NCBI GenBank assembly: GCA_951406725.2
Contig: OX597814.1
Span: 172,236,001-172,300,000, forward strand
Reading direction: 5' to 3'
Length of the DNA stretch: 64,000 nucleotides
DNA from: Octopus vulgaris
Lineage: Eukaryota
The position numbers and the translations under genes were made by a program. Position 1 is the stretch's first letter; the number at the start of each line of letters is the position of its first letter. This document shows positions 37,119 through 51,581 of the stretch, one piece after another. Under the pieces are notes generated by a model that was given only the letters and a program-made list of their open reading frames with translations, did not search any database and had not been told where the DNA came from.

Positions 37119-40025
37119 AGAAAGACAGACGAACAGACAGATGGATAGATACACGCCGACAGATATATAGATAGACTTATGATTATGTGTATATACAGTA
37201 GTTATGGTTATTTTGCTCTGAAATGTTGAAAGTTTGAATGATTGCTTTAAGGAAGCCATATTTTATAATAATAATAATAATAACAACAACAATGATAATA
37301 ATAATAATAATAATAATTTAAATGTTAAATATTATATTCAACAACAAATACTTTCTTATAAGGTACAATAAATAAATAATATTTATAAACGAAAAAAAGT
37401 TTGAACAAGTGATTTATATTAGATCAGTATTCATATATGAATTGATAATCTCAGAGATAAAAACAAAATATTTTTTTCAAACGCTTACGAAGTATTTATC
37501 TTGTGTAAAACACATTCTATTCATTTAAAATATTCATTTCTTTCAACTTGTTTGAATCTATCTCATTAAAAAAGAATTGCCATTCTGTTTTGGATGTCAT
37601 AAAGCATTTTATAGACTTACAGACCTCTTCATTTCTGTCACACGAGGTCATATTTTTCTTTTTTGAAGTAAAATTCTTTACTTGTTAGGCTGTTTGTTAA
37701 AATATACTGAATGGCCAAAATTCGATCGAACACACTAAAACCACTATGTCACAGAGATATTGTTTCTTCTTTCCATGTTCTCCTCAACCCCAATTCTCTT
37801 TCTCTCCTCCTCTTTACACTAATACTCTCTGATTCTTTGCTTTTACTAGATGCATACTCCAGTCAAATATGATAGCCAGGTCTCTTCATTTCTCTTCTTC
37901 TAATAGCACTATTTAGTGGAGGCGCATAGCTTAGTGGTTAGGGGTGTTGAACTCATGAGCATAAGATTGTGATTTCGATTCCTGGACCGGACGACGCGTT
38001 GTATTCTTGACCGAAACACTTCATTTCACGTTGATCCAGTCCACTCAGCTGGGAAAAATGAGTAGTCCTACGTCAGACCGGCCTCCCGTCCAGATGGGAA
38101 ATATATATATGCGATGGAAACCGGCCCTCACGTTTTCAATCCCACTGGTTATACCTTAAAGCTTAGGACATTCACTATACATATTAGAAAGCGAAATCCA
38201 TTAAGCCCCACAACAGCTAATCTCAAGAATCGAAGCATAATTGTATCTTCTATGTTGATGTGTAAAAGGCGACCAAATTTCTCTCAAATCACACCATACT
38301 ATCTTAAATAGAGCGGTGCTGGATAATGAAGTTCTAGATGAATTTAAACTGTTGAGTTAAGTACAGTCTGAATGTTTCTAATCATAGGTCTGATTTATTG
38401 ACCTTTAGCACACTACATTTTCTCTAGATTTGTTTCCCTTGGCACCGCTTTGTTACTACAAGGGAGAAAATTCATAGGGTGACAAGATGCACCTACAGTG
38501 TGCTAAAGGTTAAGTCTGGCTTCGACGATTTAATAACGACAACGCAGAACACCACCACCACCACCACTACTACTTTTTTATCAGTACCACTGTTTTTTGT
38601 GTACAAATTTAAAAGATGCACACATTTTTCTATCAACAAGATTTTATTCTTCTCTCTCTCTCTCCGACAATGCTGTTATAAGTTTTGTTAGAAAGTTTTC
38701 TATAAAAAAAAAGGAAGTACAGCCTGCCGACTTTTGCGAGCAAATGTCGTTTCGAAGAGTGTACCATATTTTCGCTAATAGTTTTTGGTGCCTATGTAAT
38801 CGTGTGCAGTCATAGACACCCGCTCGATCCTTTTAATCGTGACCCAGCGAAACATGCAGGAAGTGAAGACTGGAGAAAATGTGTGCTGTGCTAACACCCA
38901 GTTGGTTATTGACTGCCTGTCGCCTCTATATTCTCCTCTCAACCACGTGGAAACAGAAATAAAATTATTTGGTGGCGCTATTTTATCAAAATATTTCTGT
39001 GAACTGCACTACCCAATTCGGAAGGATCCCAAATATGCTCACTTAGAAGTTTTCTTTAAATTTGTCACACTCTGGTGTCGTACATCTGAAGATGCAGTCG
39101 CTCATTTACATGTATAATGTGAAACTGAATCAATATGTTGGTAAATACTGATAACTGGAGGCTGCTTTCTTCTTTTTGTTCACCCATGTGCGCGCGCATG
39201 TGTGTGCCTGTGTATAAATGGCTAACATTATAACGCCGTGCCTTTCTTGGATTCTGATCAGTTATATTTCGTTTTGGATTTGGTTTGCAAGATTCTTTAT
39301 ATGAGTTCGTGTGTTGAAGCATATTCTGTTGTGTCTAGGGAGAGTCATTTTCTTTTTGTGCCTTATAATATAACACACTCACCGGTAACATTTCCACACA
39401 CACACACACACACACTGATTCACACACATGCGCACAAACAACAAAAGGGAACGCAGTGTAAATAACGGACAGAGTCAAAACTATTGAAAAGGTTGCAAGA
39501 CGCAACGAAAATTTTAGGAAAATAAAAATAAGAAAAAAGTGGAAATTTTACCGCTGAGTGTGTGTTATATTATAAGGCACAAAAAGAAAATAATTCTCCT
39601 CAGACAACAGAAGATCAGTTATATGTTATATTCAACAATATACTACACGACAATATATAAAATTTAGCACCCTTTTTATTAGTATTAAGCGTGCATGTTG
39701 ATAACTGATCGGCAACTAACTTATATATTCATCTATACTGGAACACAAAGTTGACAACATGCTACGGGTGAACCTCCTTGTCAATGCACCTAGCCGTTTC
39801 CTTCGTGTTTTTCTACCCGCCAATACTGGAACAAAAATGTTTTAGTGGAAGAATATCTCAGTCTTTGTTTGGCTAAGTGGCCTGGCCTGTAAACATAGCA
39901 GATATGCTCAATCAAGAGAATTTCTCCTGATATTTCATGGAGTTCTTCTGGCTATTTTCTATTTGGGAAGCAGGGGAAACCCCTAAAGCACAAATAATTT
40001 TAAATGACAAGTGAAAAGGAAATGA

Positions 40026-40267
40026 GGAAAGCTTCTAACAATGCAGAGATGAAAGTTGAAAAACCTTTATATACTTCGGGCGCAAAAGCCCTTCTTCTGA
40101 AGTGTATAGCCTAAGAGATGTGTATCTACGTAGATCTGGCCAGCTATCCAAATGGCAGGAACTACGTAGACACACATTAGACTGTACACTTCTGAATGTG
40201 GGCCTTTGCGCCCGGAAATATACAAAGGGTTTTTCAACCGTCATCTCTGCATTGTTTAAAGTTTTCC
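40026..40267. repeat. Long imperfect hairpin (~100-bp arms), MITE-like
   Basis: aacaatgcagagatga...ctacgtag pairs with ctacgtag...tcatctctgcattgtt. Confidence 0.8.
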
Positions 40268-40751
40268 TAATTTCTCTTTTTCATTAATTATTCTGCTTCT
40301 CTACTACGATGCTTCAAACGAATACAACGCTTTTCTTACAAACTACTTGGATTATATCCTGCTAAGAGACACAGTCTCGCTTGATATACTTATCCCAGCC
40401 AACGCTTTTTTCAACCTGTAAAATACAGAGCAAGTACTGCTTTCCTTCCCCACTTGTCAAACCCCAAATCTGTAGAATGACAGAAGTAAAACTGGCTCTT
40501 TTACCACTGCTGTTTTATTCATTATCTTTTCCGTAATGTTATAGTAGCAATTGTTGTCGCTATTGATGTTACTGGTGGTGGTATCGCTTTAAATATTTGT
40601 CAGACTCTTCGAAATTCTCTCTTTTCCAATTAGACGGTGATTTAAATCAACATTTTTTTCATTGGATATGTTTATTCTGCTATGCAATTGATTTTTGCTC
40701 AGCTTTGTATGTTGGTATATTATTTTCCATTTCTTTTTCTTGAGAGATGTA

Positions 40752-41505
40752 TTCTTTTTACTCTTTTAATTGTTTCAGTCATTTGACTGTGACCATGCAG
40801 AAGTACCATCTTTAGTTGAACAAATCGATCCAAGGACTTATTCTTTGTAAGCCTAGTACTGATTCTATCGATCTCTTTGGCCGAACCGCTATGTTATGGA
40901 GACGTAAACACACCAGCATCGGTTGCCAAGCGATGTTGGGGGGACAAACATATACACACACACACATATATATATATATACATAGAGACGACGGGCTTCT
41001 TTCAGTTTCCGTCTAGCAAATTCAATCGCAAGGCTTTGGTCGCTCAGAATTTTGACCGGTGTGCTAACGATTCTGCCAGCTCACCGCTTTGATAATGATA
41101 ATAATAATAATCCTTTCTACTGGAAGAATATGGCCACGAACGTGGCGGAGGAATTAAGTCGATTACATCGACCCAAGTGAGTGACTGGTATTTATTTAAT
41201 CGACCCCGAAAGAATGAAAGGCAAAGTCGACCTCGGCGGAATTTGAACTTAGAACGTAGCGGCAGACGAAATACCTATTTCTTTACTACCCACAAGGGGC
41301 TAAACACAGAGAGGACAAACAAGGACAGACAATGGTTTAAGTCGATTATATCGACCACAGTGCGTAACTGGTACTTAATTTGCTTCCCAATCACATGGTT
41401 CCGGGTTCAGTCGCATCTTAGGCAAGTTTCTTCTACTATAACCTCAGACCAACCAAAAGCTTTGTGAGTGGATCTGGTAGACGGAAACTGAAAGAAGCCC
41501 TCATG
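40752..41505. mobile_element. Cluster of SINE A and SINE B fragments
   Basis: Matches the family A and B copies elsewhere in the window. Confidence 0.75.
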
Positions 41506-41517
41506 TATATATATATT

Positions 41518-42137
41518 TTCAATGTTAAATGGCAAGATCGTGTTCGAAATAGTGAGTTACTGGAGAGGTGTGAGATCACTGGTATTGAAACATTTTTGAT
41601 TAAGATACAAATGCGGTGGTCTGGTCATCTTGTAAGAATGGATGACTCAAGAGTTCCAAAGCAGCTCTTTTATGGGCAATTGACAAATTCTTCCCGTCCA
41701 ACAGGGCGTCCTCTTCTTCGTTACAAGGACAAACTAAAAGATAATCTGAAGCGTTGTGACATTGCTCTGAGCTCCTGGGAGAGTGCAGCAGGGGATCGCA
41801 GCAAATGGAGGAAAATGTGTTCTCTAAAGACTAGAGAATTTGAAAGTAACCGTCTTCGTCATAGGGACGCCCTTCGTGCAAATTTGAAAGCAATGTATCA
41901 TCAGCAAAATCCACCAAACAATGACTGTGTGTGTCACTGTGGGTTTAAAGCACGAAGCAAAGCTGGGTTAGCTGTCCACTCGAGAAGACATTTTGAACCA
42001 CCGAATACATGCAGGTGTATCATTTGCGAGAAAGTGTGCAAGACATCTGCTGGATTGAAGGTACACATGCGGTGTCACAAGGCTTAGGAATTGTTGAAGG
42101 TTTATTTACTGAACCCTCATTCATCGTCTTCGATGAT
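41518..42137 (+). mobile_element. RTE-clade LINE 3' fragment with two C2H2-like fingers
   Basis: WQDRVRNSELL, MRWSGHLVRMDDSRVPKQLFYG, RPTGRP..RYKD, C.CGF...H..H and CIICEKVC..H..H. Confidence 0.88.
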
Positions 42138-42774
42138 ATATATATACCATATATATATATATATACCCCACCTCTAACCCCACCCTCCACCTACCCACAA
42201 CCCCCACTCTACCCCAACCCCCAGCCGAATCCACACCCACCTGTGCTTTCCCCTTTGTCGCCTCCCCCACCTCCCCACAACATCACACCACACTACACTA
42301 CACCATACAACATTACACATCACGTCACAACACACCACCCACACACCCATCCCCACATCTCCACACCCACACATACATACACACACACGTCCAGACCACC
42401 AGCCCTCTTTCACACGCACATACATACTCTCTTATACACACACGCACCTTTGTATTGGGGGGCACCTTCGTACTGGAAGTCACTTGACCCTCTTATCTCC
42501 CCTACTGTCCCCCGCGTGTCTGACCACTGTCCGAAGTCAGGACGCCATGATAGATCGTTAGCTCCTACACGCATTTTTTTCTCTCCTTGTTTCTCTCCTT
42601 GTTTTTCTTTTTTGTATCTTTCTGTAGAAGAGCGTAGGCTCGAAACGTAAAATACTTTTTCTATTTCTATTCCTGAGCGCTATACTAATACATTTGTTTG
42701 TTTGTACTCCACCTCCCTTCGTCTTTTGTTTATTTTCGTAAACTTTCCCTTTATATATATATATATATATATAT

Positions 42775-43680
42775 ATTTATCAATATAGGGTAGCAAAAAA
42801 ATTCAAGAAGAATTCAAGAAAAATTTTCTGCAACCAGCGGTCAAGTGAGAAAATAGAAATAGTCACAGACTATATAATATATTCAACAAAGTATTAAGGA
42901 ATGACCCTAACAGGTCTTTCAACTCACTTGAAAAGAGCAGCCAAACTCAAACCGCAAAAATAGTAGTAATTCTGAAAGCTAAAGGAGAAATAAAAACAAT
43001 TTAATTTAATTTAATTAAGTTCGATTGCGTAAAAATTGTTGAAACCTTGCAGGGTACAAAGTTGAAAGGGATAAATGTTTTTATTTCTCCTTTAGCTTTC
43101 AGAATTACTACTATTTTTGCGGTTTGAGTTTGGCTGCTCTTTTCAAGTGAGTTGAAAGACCTGTTAGGGTCGTTCCTTAATACTTTGTTGAATATATTAT
43201 ATAGTCTGTGACTATTTCTATTTTCTCACTTGACCGCTGGTTGCAGAAAATTTTTCTTGAATTTTTCTTGAATTTTTTTGCTACCCTATATTGATAAATT
43301 AATAATTTTTGACTAATTCTGAAATTGTATCAGCAGTTTATATTTGCTGCTGAGTAGTTGGCGCGGTTACGTTGGATTTCGAAAAATTAGGATATATACA
43401 CTCGGGACTTCAGTGGTGTCGCCTCGTGGGTATATGTTCTCCTTTTCTTTTGGTGACTTTGCTGATGAAACAAGCTAATCGCAAACGGATTTAATTTAAT
43501 TTAATTAAGTTCGATTGCGTAAAAATTGTTGAAACCTTGCAGGGTACAAAGTTGAAAGGGATAAATGTTTTTATTTCTCCTTTAGCTTTCAGAATTACTA
43601 CTATTTTTGCGGTTTGAGTTTGGCTGCTCTTTTCAAGTGAGTTGAAAGACCTGTTAGGGTCATTCCTTAATACTTTGTTG
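42775..43680. mobile_element. Retrozyme/pLTR-like element: 490-nt unit, ~1.4 copies, plus inverted 5' arm, in (TA)n
   Basis: 42999-43190 repeats at 43489-43680, and 42775-42998 is the reverse complement of ~43077-43299. Confidence 0.8.
43456..43552 (+). ncRNA. Canonical type I hammerhead ribozyme spanning the repeat junction
   Basis: actttg CTGATGA aacaa...ttgtt GAAA cct-tgca-ggg TA caaagt. Confidence 0.85.
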
Positions 43681-44290
43681 TATATATATATATATGTATC
43701 AGTTTGTGTCTTTGTGTTTGCTCCCCACCCCACCGCTCGATAACCGCTGCTGGTGTGTACGCATCTCCGTAACATAGCGGTTCGGCAATTAAGAGCGATA
43801 GAATAAGTACCAGACTTAAACAAAAAAAAAAAGAAAGAAAGAAAAAAGAAAAAAGAAAATGTAAGTACTGGGAACGATTCATTTAACTAATGATTCAAGT
43901 CCAATGACTGAAACAGATAAAAGAATAGCTGACCTTGACACGGCTTTGAACTCAGAACATGAAAACCTGGAATTAAATATTGAAACGCATATTTCCAACA
44001 TGTTAAGGATTCCGCCAGCTTACCCACCCCGAATTAGTAATAGCAATTGGCGTCGGCAGCAGTGGTAGCGTCTCTATAAGTGAACTGTTGCTTTGAATGG
44101 AAGTGTTCTTTGGGTAATTTCTTTGTCGACCTTAGAAATGCCTTCGTTGACCTTTGGTATCTGCCTACACCCACTCCTACCACTGACATCACCACCACCA
44201 CCACCACCACCACCATCACCACCACCACAACTTCCAACATAGCTACCCATAATCCACCCCCTCACCGTTACCATAGACATAAAAGCTAGA

Positions 44291-44361
<71 letters not shown>

Positions 44362-44827
44362 CGCCGCCGCCACCACCGCCACCACCATTACTACTACTAG
44401 AATATTAAGCATGCAGGTCAGCATGTCGCTAATGATGGATATTGTATCTAATGATAGTCACACATCATTATAAAGCTATTCCCTCTCATTACGAGCCCCG
44501 ACCAGAAGCATGTAGAGTCAAAGTCCACATCAGCATCGTATGAAGATCAATTGACGTCAACTCCCCACATTACCATTCCATTGCTGCCACCACTTAATTA
44601 TTGCGACATTTTCGAAAATTCCAACGAACCAGTCTCCAAATGGCTGTTCAACTGACAAGAAATAACAATCAAATATCTCTAAGAGAACACCAAGTCATCT
44701 TAAAACGGGAAGGACATTTAGGTTAGTGTAGCTCTCTATATCTAGAGAAAATAGATAAAATGGTTGTAGCCGGAATTCCTTTCATCATACCCCTGCTTTA
44801 ATCGTGGGGTCGAACAGTAGCAGCAGT

Positions 44828-45185
44828 GGAGGCGCCATGGCCCAATGGTTAGGGCAGCGGACTCGCGGTCGGAGGATCGCGGTTTCGATTCCCAGACCGG
44901 GCGTTATTGAGCGAAAACACCTAAAGGTCCACGAGGCTCCGACAGGGGTGGTGGCGACCCCTGTTGTACTCTTTCGCTCCAACTTTCTCTCACTCTTTCT
45001 TCCTGTTTCTTGTCCCCGACTTCCTACGCAACCGCTGAGCTTGGATGCGTATTCATTCATCCGTCGATGCTCTCGGCGTCGGGGGTTGACCTGCTTTCTC
45101 TTCTGCTGCGGATCTTACGAATAGCAAAGGACCACGTTTCGGACTTCTACCATCTTGCGAGCTCTGGGACGAAGACCGTTCGCTC
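44828..45185 (+). mobile_element. SINE family C
   Basis: tRNA-like head GGAGGCGCCATGGCCCAATGG...GGTTTCGATTCCC, shared with the copy at 2440. Confidence 0.7.
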
Positions 45186-45667
45186 AACTGCAACAGCAAC
45201 AGCAGCAGTAACAATGACGACGACGTTAATAGCGACTCTGTTCGACCGTATTATCACAATAATGCCCGACGAGTATGAGTAAAGAGATGTCCGAATGCAA
45301 CTGAAATATGTCCGTTTGCTTTAAGCGATAAGCGACAAGAATCACTCCAATCTGTTTTGTCTTTATTTTGCACAAGTTTTAAGTACCTAAGGGCATTCCT
45401 TCGATATAACTCAACAAAATCAAAGCATTTCAATTCGGGTATTTCCGTGGGTTGTGGAGTATATATATAACGAATTATGCCAGCAATGTTTCATTTTAAA
45501 CTTGAAGAAAAAAGCCTTGCATATTTGTTCTTACCTGTTTGATGTGTGTATGTAAAATCCGCAAATTTCCAAGCAGAAAATTTCCAAGCCGAAGTGAAAT
45601 GTTTTGATTTTGTCGAGTTATATCGAAGGAATGTCCACCTAAGTTTATGAGACTTAGCTCCCTTGCT

Positions 45668-45720
<53 letters not shown>

Positions 45721-45799
45721 GAGTCCGAGCAGCCCCAAAGGAGGCTTTCTTATAACATTTGCATCAATAAGCTTAGTTAAGTGAAGATTTTTCAGTTCA

Positions 45800-46292
45800 T
45801 TAATTAAATCTGCATGAAGACGAGTAACCTAGTGGTTAAGGGATTTTTCAGCATATCCTCTAAGATTGTCAAGAAGGCTGAGAGTATCCTAGTTTCAATT
45901 TGTTAGCCGCTCACCAGCTATCTATTTAAAATTTTATATGACAATGGTACGTTTACACTTAAAATTTGCATCATCAGTCTGGTGCCCCTATCTTGCACAG
46001 CATATAAATCTGGAAACTGTTCAGAAACGTGCAACAAAACGAGTACCCGCCGTCAGGAAGCTACCATACTCTGAACGTCTTGCTCCCCGGGACATGGATA
46101 CATTTAAGCTCAGACGTCTGGCAACTGAGTTGGTAGACACCCACAAGAATTCCATATGCCAAACACTCGAGGACAAGCTCACGAAATCAAAAAACAACAC
46201 AGTACCCTGACTTTCGGACACAATTTTTCACGCTCAGAATTGTTGAAGCGTGGAATAAACTACCCGTATCAGTTGAGACACTACATCCTTCA
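45800..46292 (+). mobile_element. Degenerate CR1/L2-like LINE 3' fragment
   Basis: LKFASSVWCPY, LETVQKRATK, LPYSERL, TRGQ and AWNKLP motifs. Confidence 0.75.
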
Positions 46293-46502
46293 AAACACGC
46301 ACATGTGTATGTGTGTGTGTGCGACGGGCTTCTTTCAGTTTCCGTGTACCTAAATCCACTCACAAAGCTTTGGTTGACTCGAAGCTATAGCAGAAGATAC
46401 TTGCCCATGGTGCCACGCAGTAGGACTGAACCCGGAACCATGTGGTTGGAAACCAAACTTTCTACCACACAGCTACACTTGCGCCTATGTATATATTGAG
46501 AG

Positions 46503-46689
<187 letters not shown>

Positions 46690-46871
46690 ATTAGGGCTTA
46701 GTAAAATAAAATTACTTTGCCACATACTGAACTTAGTAGAAATAGCAGCCCAAAAAATTTTTTTTTAGCATTTCTACTACTTAAAGAAAATTTCTCTCAG
46801 ATAATGTTTACTCCAGACAGCTCACGAAGGTTTGGGGTAAATACAGAAAAATATCACAAGTACATAGATCG

Positions 46872-46934
46872 TTTGAGTACGTCAACGTTTCAAGATTAGC
46901 CAAATAAAATCAGCATTTCTTTCGTCAGCTCAAA
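46872..46934 (-). ncRNA. Canonical type I hammerhead ribozyme (left arm)
   Basis: Reverse complement of 47692-47754. Confidence 0.85.
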
Positions 46935-47691
46935 ATTTCTTAATTTGGATTTGGAAACACTAAAAGAAGGAACTTTACCTATCAGCGAACTTGTCGTTTC
47001 AGATGAACCACTCCAACTAAACAGTGTCAACAAATTCAAAATGCGCAGGCGTAAAATTCTGCACTCCCCATTCCACCCACGTGGTCTATCTAGCAAACAT
47101 TATATTTTAACCGCGAGAACCGAGGCAGTATGACCGAGAGAAATGAATTATAATATCAACAATTGAGGGTAAAATTAATTAATTAATCAATTTCACCAAG
47201 TGTTCAGTATGTAAAAGGACCATTTAAGGCGAATTCAAAATATTACATTATATAATTAGGGCTAAGTAAAATAAAATTACTTTGCCACATACTGAACTTA
47301 GTAGAAATAGCAGCCAAAAAAAATTTTTCTTAGCATTTCTACTACTTAAAGAAAATTTCTCTCAGATAAGCCCTAATTATATAATTTTGAATTCGCCTTA
47401 AATTATCCTTTTACATACTGAACACTTGGTGAAATTGATTAATTAATTAATTTTACCCTCAATTGTTGATATTATAATTAATTTCTCTCGGTCATACTGC
47501 CTCGGTTCTCGCGGTTAAAATATAATGTTTGCTAGATAGACCACGTGGGTGGAATGGGGAGTGCAGAATTTTACGCCTGCGCATTTTGAATTTGTTGACA
47601 CTGTTTAGTTGGAGTGGTTCATCTGAAACGACAAGTTCGCTGATAGGTAAAGTTCCTTCTTTTTAGTGTTTCCAAATCCAAATTAAGAAAT

Positions 47692-47754
47692 TTTGAGCTG
47701 ACGAAAGAAATGCTGATTTTATTTGGCTAATCTTGAAACGTTGACGTACTCAAA
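47692..47754 (+). ncRNA. Canonical type I hammerhead ribozyme (right arm)
   Basis: tttgag CTGACGA aaga...tctt GAAA cgt-tg-acg TA ctcaaa. Confidence 0.87.
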
Positions 47755-48034
47755 CGATCTATGTACTTGTGATATTTTTCTGTATTTACCCCCAAACCTT
47801 CGTGAGCTGTCTGGAGTAAACATTATTTGAGAGAAATTTTCTTTAAGTAGTAGAAATGCTAAGAAAAAATTTTTTTTGGCTGCTATTTCTACTAAGTTCA
47901 GTATGTGGCAAAGTAATTTTATTTTACTAAGCCCTAATTATATAATGTAATATTTTGAATTCGCCTTAAATGGTCCTTTTACATACTGAACACTTGGTGA
48001 AATTGATTAATTAATTAATTTTACCCTCAATTGT

Positions 48035-48173
<139 letters not shown>

Positions 48174-49304
48174 TATATACATAGGTTTATATATAATGTT
48201 ATGGGACACATTCACATAAGCAGTTCTTACTTCTATAAAAATGCAAGTTAGACTAATACATAAATGGATTTACACAGGTAGATAGAAACAACGAAATATA
48301 GATATATATGTACAGATGATGCAAATATATTAATGCTGATATAGAATATAAAATTATCGTCATATCGATGAAACTTAAGGAAGTAGAAGAAAAGGGAGAA
48401 GAAAAAAATACAATTCAATAATCATTTATACTTTCTGCTTTATTTTCATCTTTACTTATCTTTTCGTATTTTTATGTATGTTTTTATTTCGCTTTTACGT
48501 TTGCTTGCTGGCATTTTCTCGACCGGTGAGAGAATACTGGAGTAGAACTATGCTTCGCTGATGGACTTTTCACGGTTCACTTCCTAGCCGTCTGGGAGCA
48601 GCTAGCGTTAAAATGAAGGCACTCGTTCTAATCAAAGTTAAGCGAAGCTATTTCACGGTATTGCTTAGATTAGATTGATATTTTCGGTATTGCAGTATTT
48701 TAAAAATATATGAATTCAAGCGAGTTGTGGGGAAAGAAAGCATTACTTGCTCTGTATTGAAATGAATAAGCTAAAGAATATATAGATAAACAAATAAATC
48801 AGTAAATAAATAAACAAATATATAAAATATATTACAGGATCTATAGAATTCTTAGTATGATATTGTATCATTGAAATAGTAATTTTAGCTTTGGCACGAG
48901 TAAACAAATTTGGAGGAGGGTGGATATAGACGATTAGATTGATCTCAGCATTTGCAGACTGGCACTCGTATTATTGACCTCTTCCACCTCCCACTGGAAG
49001 GATTGGTTATAGAATTTGTAATGACAGAATATGAACATAGATCGTAAACGGACGTAAATAAATAACACAAAATATACCGTCAAGCTCTCTGGTGAATTCT
49101 ACCTATGTACCGGAGTTTGTTTCGCCTTTCTACTAATTCCATAATTTTTCCACCATTTTCCTACCAGTTCTGCCAAGCTACCGTTACCTTGTGCATCGTT
49201 CTACCAAGTCTATCAATCCACCGCCGTTTTTTCGTTGCTCTAGCAATATTGCAAACCTTACCGCATGAATAACAGTAACAGTAATGGTTTACAATATGTT
49301 GTTG

Positions 49305-49520
49305 GTTGGCATCTTTTTTGTGTCGGGAGACAATGGAGTTGCGCATAAAGTAGTCTAGTCCGGCTTTTACATTTCATGTCCTGATACATTTCTTGCTGTG
49401 GCTGTATAGTCCTAACCTGGACAAACACTCCCTCTGGCAGGTACCGCAAATGTAGCGAAGACTGTTCGTGGCTGGTTGTAATGCCATAGTTTCTTGATGA
49501 CGTCTTTTCTTGTCTTTCCA
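49305..49520 (-). mobile_element. RTE-clade LINE extreme 3' end
   Basis: A minus-strand frame reads YICGTCQRECLSRLGLYSHSKKC, the RTE C-terminal finger motif. Confidence 0.7.
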
Positions 49521-50029
49521 TTTCTCCTTACTCTCTGTCACTCCTTTGTATTCCCTCTCTTACGGTACGTCGCCAGTCTCCAGTCTCCAGTTTACAATAT
49601 ATGGTCATAGTTACTACATTTTAGGGTGGAAGTGCAGAATTAGTAGGGGTAGTGTGAAATAATTAATTAGATCTACGTTGCACAAGGAAGTACACTATGG
49701 TACAGAAATTGCTCATTCAAAATTTTAAATAGACCACAGTGATATTTGCGTTTATCTCTCTCTCTCACCTTCCTTGTGTATGCATGTATGCATGTATGTA
49801 TGTACGAATGTATGTATATACCTATGTATATGTACACACACACGCGTGCGCAAGCATACACATATGTGTGTGTGAAAGAACACAAATTAAGTTTAAAAAT
49901 TACTACAGTTGTTTCGGTACAACTTTATTGATGTATTCATGCATTACATCCAAACATATAATCTACCATCGTGAGGTGAAATTTCAAACAGTTATCAAAC
50001 AGGTGGGACAATAACTTGATAGTGACAAT

Positions 50030-50420
50030 TCTTATTTTTTTATTGCCCATAAGGGGCTAAACATAGAGAGAACAAATAAGGATAGACAAAGGGATTAAGT
50101 GGATTACATCGACCCCAGTGCCCCGAAAGGATGAAAGGCAAAGTCGACCTCGGCGGAATTTGAACTCAGAACGTAACAGCAGACGAAATACCTATTTCTT
50201 TACTACCCACAAGGCGCTAAACATAGAGGGGGCAAAAATGGACAGACAAACGGATTAAGTCGATTATATCGACCCCAATGCGTAACTGGTACGTAATTTA
50301 TCAACCCCGAAAGGATGAAAGGCAAAGTCGACCTCGGCGGAATTTGAACTCAGAGCGTAACGGCAGACGAAATTCCGTAAGCATTTCGCCCGGCGCGCTA
50401 ACGTTTCTACCAGCTCGTCG
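50030..50420 (-). mobile_element. SINE family B, tandem 184-nt units
   Basis: tgaactcaga occurs at 50161 and 50345. Confidence 0.82.
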
Positions 50421-51132
50421 CGCTTGTAACGAAAGTAAAATTGGCAAGACTGAGACAAGGTGGGTGGGTGGGGGGAACAAAAAACAATCAGATGAAGGTT
50501 AACAATAGCAATATCTAAATCATCTTAAACAAAGAAATATAAAAATAATACAAAATAAAACAAAATAAAACAAAATAACGATCTGTAAACTAACATTTGT
50601 GTTTATGGAACAATTCAAAACATAAATTGGACCACTTAAAGTAGAAAACAGGAAAAAACGTCTTTTATTTGTTCTTAGAAAACCTCCCCTCCCACCTCTG
50701 TCTTACTCTTCTATTAGCCATTACCCCTCTTTAGTCCTCGTCTTCTTTGAATTTCTTTATTCACAATATGATTATCTGCAATAAAATATCCACTCCCATA
50801 TGCTATCATCCCTTGTTGCTTCTTCTCCTTTTTCTTACCCCTCCGCCTCTCTCTCTCTCTCCTTTGTGTGTGTATGTGCATGTGCGTACCTGTATCTGTG
50901 TTTATGTACACACACACACAAACACACACATATATATACACATATATGCAAGTACTTAGATTTGCATATACGCATAAACAGACAGATTACGTAGGTGGGT
51001 ACATATACACACACAAACACACATATATACGCACATATATATATACACATATATGCAAGTACATACATATGCGTAAACAGACAGATTACGTTGGTGGGTA
51101 TCTATTTTCGCAAGTTAGATTTGTACATGGGC

Positions 51133-51167
<35 letters not shown>

Positions 51168-51523
51168 TGTGTGTGTGTATGTGTGTGCGCGCGCGCGAGT
51201 GTGTGTTTGTATATGCTCATATGTGAGTGTATATGCTTGTATGTTTATTTTTGTATTTACTTCGCAAGATTTTTGAAGTCAGATGACCCTTGCAAAGTAC
51301 AATTATCATATATGCATGTATGTATGTGTATATGCATGTATATATGTATATGCATCTATGTATACATGTATGCGTAAACAAATATTAGTACTTTACACTG
51401 ACAGGCATACACACATGCATGCATACATCTGTATGTACGTGAGTGTGTGTGTGAGTGTTTATGTGTGCATGTACGTCAGAATGCATGTGTTTGTGTGCTT
51501 GCTTGTGTGTTTGTGTGATGTGA

Positions 51524-51581
<58 letters not shown>

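Noticed and set aside
38480-39350. Unique sequence with short ORFs as a host gene
   Set aside because: No recognisable domain or convincing splice structure. It could be UTR or regulatory sequence, but the sequence alone does not support a call.
41464-42087. C2H2 zinc-finger host gene
   Set aside because: The fingers are the C-terminus of an RTE LINE ORF, and the ORF start lies in SINE sequence.
45085-45165. GAAAC-gug-GUC on the minus strand in SINE C
   Set aside because: No acceptable core or stem II in either permutation.
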